Shown here piece after piece: positions 1-7,900 of a DNA stretch of 32,000 bases. The stretch's first letter is position 1. Each line of letters starts with the position of its first letter. This stretch comes from Acaryochloris marina S15 (GTDB lineage: Bacteria; Cyanobacteriota; Cyanobacteriia; Thermosynechococcales; Thermosynechococcaceae): contig NZ_CP064925.1 of NCBI RefSeq assembly GCF_018336915.1, forward strand, positions 60,001 through 92,000, in the 5' to 3' direction. The notes under the pieces are model-generated. The model did no database searches, was not told the origin of the DNA, and saw only the letters and a program-made list of their open reading frames with translations. Position numbers and translations under genes: made by a program.

Positions 1-1043
1 GTTTCATATTCAATAAATCGACTTATTTTCCCATCGAAAAAGTCTTTAATTCGGTCTGCTATATTGTGGAGTGCAAGAGGATTTCCACGATACTGGTCAG
101 TAATTTTTAACCAATCATCTCGCCCTTGCAAAGCATACTCTTCATATATTTCAAGTGATTCACTAGCAGAAAGACCTGTTAAATGAAATGTTGTAACTGG
201 TTTTTTAGCTTGGCTAAGCTCATCCAAGTCTTTGAAATTTTCTCTACTTGTTAAAACTACAACACTATTATGAGATTCCTCTACAACTCTTCTTAGTAAA
301 TAGCCGTAGCCAATATATTTTTCACCGTAAGGATTAATATTGTCACCTTTTAGAATAGAGTCAGCTTCGTCTAGGATTAAAAAGCATCTATTTACTTTAA
401 GGAATCTAATAAATTCATCACTCGAATAATCTTTGTCTCTATCCTTAGAGTCCTGATTAATATCTTGAATAATATTTTGGTATAAATCTTCTAGATGAGG
501 ACCATGATAAATTGACTTCCAGATATAATAATCAAATTCATAATCATCCGACCGACTAACTAAGTCTATTAGCTTTGCTGCTAAGGAGCTTTTACCTATA
601 CCCACTTGCCCTGTAATAACGATACAGCGGCTATCTTGTGTTCTCATGAGTAATTTTTTCAGCTCTGATGATCGACCATACAGCTTCTCAGTAGAAGGTA
701 GGTAATCAATATTTGACTGCGATCTACCAGCGTTCCAAACCCGGTCATCTCCAGGTAGAACACCAACTGTATCAATTAGCTCTTCAACAACATCCTTGAT
801 ATAAGGCTTGCCAATTCGGTATTCCTCTCCTAATATCTGCTGGAGAAATCGCCATAATCCAGGGCCAGCAGTATTTTGTAGGTAAGCTTTTTCAAATCGC
901 GAGTCAGCCGCTAACGCTTCGTAAGACAATCCTTTTATTGAGCCATGCAAAATACACCGCTCAACCTCGGTAAGCTTTTTTCCCCGTATTTTTAGGGATT
1001 GACTATCAACCCAAGTGTAGAAATCATCAAGCGTTAAAGCCAT
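1..1043 (-). CDS. NB-ARC/STAND-class P-loop NTPase, N-terminal 347 codons; gene continues beyond window start
   Basis: Absent from the ORF track because no stop lies inside the window. The reverse complement from ATG (1043-1041) is stop-free to base 1: MALTLDDFYTWVDSQSLKIRGKKLTEVERCILHGSIKGLSYEALAADSRF... Motifs read directly: LuxR/sigma-region-4-like HTH stretch LTEVERCILHGSIKGLSYEALA; Walker A GQVGIGKSSLA; Walker B CFLILDEAD; VVVLTSRE; GNPLAL (GxPLAL signature of NB-ARC/AP-ATPases). Confidence 0.75.
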   Translation of the reverse strand, partial: MALTLDDFYTWVDSQSLKIRGKKLTEVERCILHGSIKGLSYEALAADSRFEKAYLQNTAGPGLWRFLQQILGEEYRIGKPYIKDVVEELIDTVGVLPGDDRVWNAGRSQSNIDYLPSTEKLYGRSSELKKLLMRTQDSRCIVITGQVGIGKSSLAAKLIDLVSRSDDYEFDYYIWKSIYHGPHLEDLYQNIIQDINQDSKDRDKDYSSDEFIRFLKVNRCFLILDEADSILKGDNINPYGEKYIGYGYLLRRVVEESHNSVVVLTSRENFKDLDELSQAKKPVTTFHLTGLSASESLEIYEEYALQGRDDWLKITDQYRGNPLALHNIADRIKDFFDGKISRFIEYE

Positions 1044-1449
1044 CTCAGTCCTTGCATATATTTTCTGCTAAATATTTAATAGGTTGGTGACAATAGTATA
1101 GATGGAAATCAGTAAAGTATTAAGTAATCATTTTATCTTAATGCGACTTAGCAAGAGACTGACACTCTTAAAGGATTTCTGAGAAGTGGGTTTAATGTTC
1201 CTCATTAGATCTTTGGTAGGTAGCGTAAGAGACTGAAACCTCGTCTTTCCATTGGGCTAGATGACCAGAAATCTTTCCTGGAGATTTTTTGACGTTTTCT
1301 GAGCCAATAACTCATAGCAATCTGTATGTATTTCAGGGTAAAGCACTAATTATCATCAGCATGGTAGCAAGTGATCGACAAGTATGATATTAACTTAATA
1401 GTACCTAATCACTACTAAGCCACTATTTTCTGTAAATGGAGTCAAGATT

Positions 1450-2064
1450 ATGCAGGAAAGCTACAATTCCACTGCCAATCAGAGTCAGCCACAGCTAGTA
1501 AAACTCTCTCAAATACAGCTAGATCCTGAGATCCAACCCCGACAGCAGCTCAATCAGGAAGTGGTCACTGAATATGCTGAAGCTATGGGGCAAGGGACTA
1601 CGTTCCCGCCTGTGATTATTTTCTACGACGATTCTAGGTACTGGTTAACTGATGGATTCCACCGAGTAAAAGCTAAGGAGTCCATTGGCGGACATGAGAT
1701 ATTAGCAGAAGTGCGATATGGTTCTCGTCGTGATGCAATACTTTTTGCAGCAGGAGCAAATTCAGCATATGGCCTTCAGAGATCCAATGCCGATAAGCGC
1801 AGAGCAGTTGAGAGATTGATCCTTGATGAAGAATGGTTTAGATGGTCCGATCGTGAAATTGCTAGGCGGACATCTGTGAGTCAACCGTTTGTGAGTAAAT
1901 TGAGGAACCAGTTCCTTGAAGGTGATAACCGTTATCAGATAAATGTAGGCTTGGATACATCTTGTAGATTAGCTTGTCGCAATGGAAAATCATACAACGT
2001 TAATGTTGCCAACATAGGCCAATCAAAAAGACTGAAGACATCACCTTCACTTCACTCAACTTAA
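1450..2064 (+). CDS. ParB/Srx N-terminal-domain protein (ParB-like, paralog 1)
   Basis: 204-aa ORF. GGAG lies 8 nt upstream of the ATG. ParB-N signature FPPVIIFYDDSRYWLTDGFHRVKA (DGxHR), followed by RRDAILFAAGANSAYGLQRSNADKRRAVERL and the HTH-like WSDREIARRTSVSQPFVSKLR. Confidence 0.8.
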   Translation: MQESYNSTANQSQPQLVKLSQIQLDPEIQPRQQLNQEVVTEYAEAMGQGTTFPPVIIFYDDSRYWLTDGFHRVKAKESIGGHEILAEVRYGSRRDAILFAAGANSAYGLQRSNADKRRAVERLILDEEWFRWSDREIARRTSVSQPFVSKLRNQFLEGDNRYQINVGLDTSCRLACRNGKSYNVNVANIGQSKRLKTSPSLHST

Positions 2065-2152
2065 TAAAAGCGCTCAAATTCTCCAGAAAGGTTGTTGCTT
2101 ATAGGTTGGCATGGTTTTATAACGATATCCTGTTATCTACCGTTAGCCTTGA

Positions 2153-3235
2153 ATGCCGCCTAAACAGATCCCCGTCGAATCTTCAAAATCCTCTGCCCAG
2201 TCAATTGAGATAGGTAAAATTCGCACGGATGGCGGAACACAAGCTCGCTATCAACTATACGAAGAAGTAGCTGCTGAATATGCTGAAGATATACGCTTGG
2301 GTAAAGAATATCCTCCAATCATAGTATTCTTCGATGGCAAAGAATATTGGTTAGCTGATGGATTTCATAGGGTAGAAGCAAGAAGAATGCTTAAGGAGAA
2401 GAAGGTTGATGCCGAGGTGCATCTTGGGACGCAAAGAGATGCTGTGCTTTATGCCGTTGGAGCTAATTCAACGCATGGATTACGCAGAACAAATGCTGAT
2501 AAACGCCGAGCTGTGGAAAGACTTCTACGTGATGAAGAGTGGAGTCAATGGAGCGATCGTGAAATTGCTAGGCGAACATTTGTGAGTCAACCATTTGTGA
2601 GTAAACTACGAGCTGAGCTGGCTGACGATTCAGCGAACTCAGAATCCATGATACGTACTGTACAGAGAGGAGGGACGACTTATGAAGTAGACACTACAAA
2701 TATTGGGCAAAATGCTAATCAAGAGAAAAAATCTGCTAAGCGTCAACGCTCAAAAAAACAAGATAAACAAGCAACGATAGAAGGCAATGTCAGCTCATCT
2801 AAGCAAGTTAAACAAGGAGAAACTTGGAAACTAGGAAAATCACATTACCTGTTTTGCGGAGACTCAGACTCCAGTAATTTTCAAAGACGTTTGCCTACTG
2901 AAATTTCGCTACTCTTAATTTTCACTCAATCTTCAACCCAATGGCCTAAAATCATGCCGCCCAATGTGATAAGTGCCTTATCTTTCTGCAGTCCTTTTAT
3001 AGGAGAGATCCGCCTAGATGATCTTCGGCCAGTTGTAGAGAAAATCCTAGAAAGTACAACAGATGCAGGTGATACAGTTCTCATGTTCAACCTGCCCGAT
3101 CCCTCGATTTATATTCTTATGGATAATCTTGATTGCTCTTGTTACTGTGCAGAAACTGATCCCCAACGCTGCACAGATGCTCTTACAGCATGGTCTATTA
3201 CAAATAAACCAGCGAAAAAACTATCGCCTAACTGA
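2153..3235 (+). CDS. ParB/Srx N-terminal-domain protein fused to a shortened, motif-dead N4/N6 DNA-methyltransferase-like tail (paralog 2)
   Basis: 360-aa ORF. The N-terminal half parallels paralog 1 (YPPIIVFFDGKEYWLADGFHRVEA; NADKRRAVERLLRDEEW; WSDREIARRTFVSQPFVSKLR). The tail begins WKLGKSHYLFCGDSDS, which matches the W.LG.H.L.CGDS entry of ParB-methylase fusions. ISLLLIFTQSST sits where DL(V/I)FTDPPY is expected. GDTVLMFNLPDPSIYIL...CYCAETDPQRCTDALTAW sits where GD.VLDPF.GSGST...CYG.ELDP.Y.DV...RW is expected. Confidence 0.75.
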   Translation: MPPKQIPVESSKSSAQSIEIGKIRTDGGTQARYQLYEEVAAEYAEDIRLGKEYPPIIVFFDGKEYWLADGFHRVEARRMLKEKKVDAEVHLGTQRDAVLYAVGANSTHGLRRTNADKRRAVERLLRDEEWSQWSDREIARRTFVSQPFVSKLRAELADDSANSESMIRTVQRGGTTYEVDTTNIGQNANQEKKSAKRQRSKKQDKQATIEGNVSSSKQVKQGETWKLGKSHYLFCGDSDSSNFQRRLPTEISLLLIFTQSSTQWPKIMPPNVISALSFCSPFIGEIRLDDLRPVVEKILESTTDAGDTVLMFNLPDPSIYILMDNLDCSCYCAETDPQRCTDALTAWSITNKPAKKLSPN

Positions 3236-3508
3236 GGACAATGCGCCATGAAAAGCCTTCAGAAACAATATAATCAGACTTTGGGAACTATAGCGATCAC
3301 CTATCAAGCTTTTGTTGTATGATCGCGTTAAGCATTTCCTAGTACATAAATATCTTTTTCAGCCAGCCCCTACTTTCGGCTCTTAGCTATAAGGTTGGTG
3401 TTGCCCAAAACCATCCAGACTTTGATTAGCATTTATCTAGTGCCAGCAGTAGTAACAGCTATTGCAGCCCCAGATCTATCTTGAGAACAAACTCAAAAAC
3501 ATAAGCAC

Positions 3509-3988
3509 TTAGCTAAAATTAATTACATAATCATCGCCATAGGTTTTCAAAACTCTTTCCACATATTCGACCAAAGATGACCACCCCCAGTAGGCACTCA
3601 TTTCAATCCACTGATATTTCATGAATTGCCACAGACGCTCAATCAAATTTAGATGGGGAGAATAGCTTGGTAACTCAAACAAGGTAATTCCCCGTTCGGC
3701 CCACTCTGCCTTCATCTCATAGATTGCTTGGCTCGTATGGATAGGGGCTTGATCCATCACAATGACGGTGGGCAACTCCACGTCAGTAAAGAAGGTATCA
3801 ATGCAATGACTGACAACCTCACTGGTGATGGTCTGTTCTGATGTATAAGCATGTAGCCCTTGTCGTCGACTCAAAAACCCCAGAACATTCAAGCGTTTAC
3901 TTGAACGAGTCGGTATTTCCAGATAAGTCCCTATGGGTTGCCATCCGTAGGGAATACAGGGGACTAACGAAAAACCACTCTCATCCAT
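3509..3988 (-). CDS. IS630-family transposase OrfB (DDE catalytic part), probably expressed as an OrfAB fusion by -1 frameshift
   Basis: Catalytic residues: D in FFMDESGF, D in VIVMDQAPIH, E in LPSYSPHLNLIERLW (the family motif is PxYSPxLNxIE). The OrfB frame is open upstream of its ATG back to the slippery site (KKQQLEHLKKQEEKGDIHLFF-MDESGF). Confidence 0.85.
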   Translation of the reverse strand: MDESGFSLVPCIPYGWQPIGTYLEIPTRSSKRLNVLGFLSRRQGLHAYTSEQTITSEVVSHCIDTFFTDVELPTVIVMDQAPIHTSQAIYEMKAEWAERGITLFELPSYSPHLNLIERLWQFMKYQWIEMSAYWGWSSLVEYVERVLKTYGDDYVINFS

Positions 3989-4035
3989 AAAGAATAGGTG
4001 GATGTCTCCCTTCTCTTCTTGTTTCTTGAGATGTT

Positions 4036-4509
4036 CTAACTGCTGTTTTTTTCGAGGTAGTCGGCATATAAAGGCTGGCCTGATGTCCCTTGGCGAAAGC
4101 GATGCCAGCTCATATCCATCTGCTTCAAGACGCGTTTAACGGTGGCCTTTGACACGCGCACTGACCACTGCTGTTCAATCTGAGCTAGCACCCGATTGAG
4201 TTGGATGGGAGATGCCTGAGTCCACTCATAAATCTGCTGTTGTTGGTCGGGATTAAACATCGGTTTTCGACCTCGGCCTGGGCGATTATAGAGTCCTGCA
4301 AAACCACGGTTATTCCAAGCCTTAAGCCAGTTGTACACGGTTTTAGGACTCACACTAAAAAGGGAGGCTAAGGTGTAGGGACTCACACCCTGGGCAGACA
4401 AAATGAGGCAATGGGCGCGTTGTCTGACCTGATGATGGCGACTACAGCGATAAATCCGATGCAATAAGCGTAAGCTTTCGGTGGAGATAGGACGGACAAT
4501 TGACATCAA
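4036..4509 (-). CDS. IS630-family transposase OrfA (HTH DNA-binding part)
   Basis: 157-aa ORF. Basic, helix-rich, with a typical transposase HTH region (VSPKTVYNWLKAWNNRGFAGLYNRPGRGRKP). Ends just after the A7 slippery run. Confidence 0.85.
   Translation of the reverse strand: MMSIVRPISTESLRLLHRIYRCSRHHQVRQRAHCLILSAQGVSPYTLASLFSVSPKTVYNWLKAWNNRGFAGLYNRPGRGRKPMFNPDQQQQIYEWTQASPIQLNRVLAQIEQQWSVRVSKATVKRVLKQMDMSWHRFRQGTSGQPLYADYLEKNSS
4046..4052 (-). other. Programmed -1 ribosomal frameshift site (A AAA AAC on the minus strand)
   Basis: T7 run on the plus strand gives CTC GAA AAA AAC AGC in the OrfA frame. Slipping back 1 nt gives AAA AAA CAG CAG TTA..., which continues without a stop into the DDE ORF. 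The OrfB frame is -1 relative to OrfA (checked by coordinate arithmetic). Confidence 0.6.
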
Positions 4510-4731
4510 ATCAATGGATGTAAAAAAGAGGACTCAGGTAGTTTACAACCTGGAAATTCTATGTAATTAATTTTGTCCATCTGCTTATCTTGACACTTCC
4601 CCACACGTTTTGGGTTGTGTCTCTCAGTATTTAAATAGCCTGAATGCTTGATCGATCAACGCTTTCAGTGTATTTGTACTCTAATACTTAAAGATTATGG
4701 AGGTAAGAATCATGTAAGACCATTAAACGTT

Positions 4732-4761
4732 AAAAAACCCCGACTGGTGGAAGAGTCAGGG
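4732..4761 (-). terminator. Intrinsic terminator on the minus strand
   Basis: The minus-strand RNA reads CCCUGACU-CUUCCACC-AGUCGGGG-UUUUUU. This is an 8-bp stem (one G.U pair) and an 8-nt loop followed by U6. On the plus strand the same stem has a C/A mismatch and only T4, so the minus orientation is better. Confidence 0.45.
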
Positions 4762-4850
4762 CTTTTAAGCGTCCAAGCACTCCCAATACCAGGGGACTTA
4801 AACTTGATGCTATTTGCTTGAGCATGGGTTTGGGCCTCCAAAGGAGCCGT
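4732..4850 (-). ncRNA. Candidate ~120-nt countertranscript upstream of the rep-like gene
   Basis: Bounded by the minus-strand promoter (4857-4884) and the minus-strand terminator (4732-4761). I see no convincing ORF inside. It lies 138-256 nt upstream of the 4988 start codon. Confidence 0.35.
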
Positions 4851-4856
4851 GTGTTT

Positions 4857-4884
4857 ATTTTAGCTTATGACACATACAGGTCAA
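4857..4884 (-). promoter_or_regulatory. Candidate sigma70-type promoter on the minus strand (TTGACC-16 nt-TAAAAT)
   Basis: Reverse complement of 4879-4884 = TTGACC. The spacer is 16 nt (4863-4878). Reverse complement of 4857-4862 = TAAAAT. Confidence 0.4.
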
Positions 4885-4987
4885 GTTTTCTATGGAAAAT
4901 TTGTGACCAAACGGCTCCCTACTCACTACATCTAGGGAATCCAAGTCATGACTTCACTCCCCCTATCCCATGCCTGGGAGCTAGCCC

Positions 4988-7900
4988 ATGTCTAGCTTTC
5001 ATCGCTATAGCAACCGTAACGGCAATATCTGTCCCATCTGCAATGGCTCACGGGGTAAGCCCGACTGCCGAAAGTCTTTTGACCCTTCTGACGCCGAAGA
5101 CTCAGGCATCTACTTTTGTCGAGGCACTGACACCCAGAGCGGTTACCACTTCGTTGGTTTCGACACTAACGGCTTTGGTATGTTTGTCACAGAGACAGCC
5201 CAAAATGCCCAGAGCCAGGACCAATGGCAGAAGAAGAATCTAGAACGCCAAGCCCGCCAGGAAGCTGAGCGTCAAGCCAAACTTGCTAAGCTTCTACCCA
5301 CCCCAGAACGAGATCGGCACTTCCGCAGAATCGCCACCAATGCGGGCTTGGGTTCTCGCCATCGTCAGCATCTCCAAGAGAAACGGGAACTTACGAATGA
5401 GCAGATCGATATCGCCATTGAGCAAAACCTATTCTGGACTTGGCAAGACAATGCCCAGGTTGCGGGCTTACCCCTGAACCTCCCTGGTATCAATCCATCT
5501 ACGGGCAAACTGCGGAAGTATTACCGGGGATTAGCGATTGCAATCCCCAATGTCCACGGTGAAATTGTTGGCGCACAAATCAAGCCTGATTTTGGTAGTA
5601 ACTATTTTTGGGTTTCCTCTGACAGTGACAAACTAGACATTCCCGGTGCTGGCCCACACCTCCCCAACGGAGAGCAACCCATCGCCGTTCACCGAATCTC
5701 TGAATCATCTACCGTGGGCCTGGTAGACTCAGTAACCTTCAAACCCTTCCTCGCAAGCCAGAGACTAGGAATCTCCTTCATAGGAGCCGCAGGGGATAAC
5801 TTTGCCTCTAGTCCCGAAACGTTGAAAGAGACTCTAGACGAACTGGCTCCTGAAACCATCGTCTTTTACCCGGATGCTGGCGATATTTCCAACCCCCACA
5901 TCACCAAAGCCATCGAGAAAACCATTGCCCTGGTTGAGGAGTGGGGATACAACCTAATCGTTGCCTGGTGGGGGCAAGTCTCCTACGACGATGACTGCGA
6001 CATCGATGAGCTTCCCTTAGACCAAATTGACCAAATCCAGTACCTAACCCCTACGGCCTATCTGCAACTGGCCCAAGCTGCGATTCAAGACCAGTGGAGA
6101 ATCCAGCAGGAGAAACAGGCTCGAAAAACCTGGGATAAATCCCGGCAATACACCCCCACCCAAATCATTGATGAGCAATGGTTTACCGCCAATCCCCAAG
6201 ATTTAGCAGAAGCTGATATCTATGCTCTTAAGTCGGCAATGGGTACGGGCAAGACTGAATGGTTACGCCAATACTTTGACAGCGTAGATATTGGAGCCGT
6301 CGCGATCGGACATCGGAATTCTTTGCTCCTCCAGTCCTGTGAGCGCTGGCCTAATTTCTATCATCTACACTCAGACTCAGCCCATCAGCTCGTTGCAGAT
6401 CCCCATTCTCGGATTGCCTGCTGTATCGATTCCCTCAGCCGCTTTGAAAACAAGGATTTTGAAGGTAAAGTGCTTGTCCTAGACGAGAGCCTGAGCGTCG
6501 TCCTCCATAGCCTTATGAGTGGCACCCTCATCGGCAGGCGGGACCATTGCCTAGCCAAGCTCCAATCTGCGATTGAGAGTGCCGCCCTGGTGATTCCAAT
6601 GGACGGCAATAACTCTGATGTCGTCGTGGATTATCTGGCTCAATTACGAGGTGGGGGAAATGTCGTTAAAGTCCTCAATACCTTCCAGCGGAAGACGTTG
6701 AGGATTGAACTACTCGACAAGACCTATACCAGTAAGGGTAAAGCCATTGACGAGAGATCGCCTGTTCTCCAGCTTGCTCTAGACACCCTAGTTTCTTTGG
6801 ATCAATCTCCTGAACACTGCGCCCGGTCCATCGTGCTGTTCAGTGACTCCCAACGCCAATGCCAGATTGCAGAAGAAATCTTTGAGATGCGCGGCTATTC
6901 TACTTTGCGGGTGGATTCTAAAACATCTGCCAGTACAGAGGTCAAGGATTTCCTCAAAGACCCAGACGCTTATCTAGAAGAAACTCAACCACGAGTTCTG
7001 ATCTACAGCCCCACTGCTGAAAGTGGCCTGAGTGTCGGTATCAAAAACTATTTCTATAAAGGCTTTGGTCTGTTCTTTGGGGTACTACCCATCTCATCCA
7101 TGACCCAGATGATGCAGCGGGTCCGTGACCTGGGGGAGATTGCTATCTGGTGCCGCAAGTATGCCTTTAGTGAAGAGTATGACGGCAATCGCTCTCCCTT
7201 TCCCAAACGAGTCAGAGAGCTGATGATGGACTACATTCAAGCCGATGCCATCGCCTCAATGACCGGGACAGATCGGGAAGCAGCCACCCAACAATGGTTT
7301 CAAAAGCTATTGCAAGCCCTCGATGACCCACACCTGACCACACACAATATCCTGGCTGCGGCCCTTAACTATGAACAGCAACACACATGGGAATGCCTCA
7401 AGGCTGTCCTGATCGAGGCAGGTCACCATGTCGCCATCATCGACAAGCTGCAATCAGATCATCTCAAAGCTCAGTCCACAGAAATTAGAGAACGCATCCT
7501 AGACACGGATGCCGCCACTATTTATGACGCAAAGGACATCACGATGGAAGCTGCTATACGCATCAAGTCTCGCTGGAGTTCGAGCTTAGACGAACGCTGG
7601 AGCTGTGAGAAAGCATTTCTGCAACATCGGCTCCCTGGCATCCAACTTACGGAAATTTGGGGACCAGAGCTAATCAAAGAGCTGTTATTCAAGAACCGTA
7701 CTCTTATCCCATCTCTAGAACGTTGGTGGCTACTCAATCACATGGATGCAGCCCAAGAACGCAGTAGAACACGCTGGGAGCAATTGATGGAGCAAGAGCA
7801 ATCCCCTTTTCTCCCAGACATCCGCAGTGACTTTGCCATGCTCCAAGCCATGCAGGACATTGGCTTACTCCGACTGTTTGAAGGGGAGACAACCCTCAAT

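Larger units (their letters stand above)
3501..4588 (-). mobile_element. IS630-family (Tc1/mariner superfamily) insertion sequence, ~1.09 kb
   Basis: Imperfect terminal inverted repeats: 3501-3529 ataagcacttagctaaaattaattacata against the reverse complement of 4560-4588 ataagcagatggacaaaattaattacata (24/29; the outer 7 and inner 15 nt are identical). TA dinucleotides at 3502-3503 and 4586-4587 fit the TA target duplication of this family, so exact ends are uncertain by +/-3 nt. Two transposase ORFs lie inside. Confidence 0.85.

Noticed and set aside
3063-3251. 62-aa ORF overlapping the 3' end of the second ParB-like gene
   Set aside because: It is an out-of-frame overlap with a supported CDS and has no RBS. 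The hydrophobic translation arises from the T-rich alternative frame.
4590-4595. TTGACA hexamer immediately outside the IS630 right end (possible IS-created hybrid promoter toward rep)
   Set aside because: No acceptable -10 hexamer lies 16-18 nt downstream (ggttgt), so I cannot support a promoter call.
4899-4950. ccctactcactacatctagg upstream of rep as a third copy of the 18-nt box
   Set aside because: It shares only scattered TAC/ACT trinucleotides in a different order, so it is not a real match.
4818-5243. 141-aa plus-strand ORF overlapping the start of the rep-like gene
   Set aside because: It overlaps the 5' end of the 1191-aa ORF out of frame. The sequence is low-complexity and Ala/Thr/Ser/Leu-rich with no RBS. 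It also spans the region that contains minus-strand promoter and terminator signals. I treat it as a shadow ORF.
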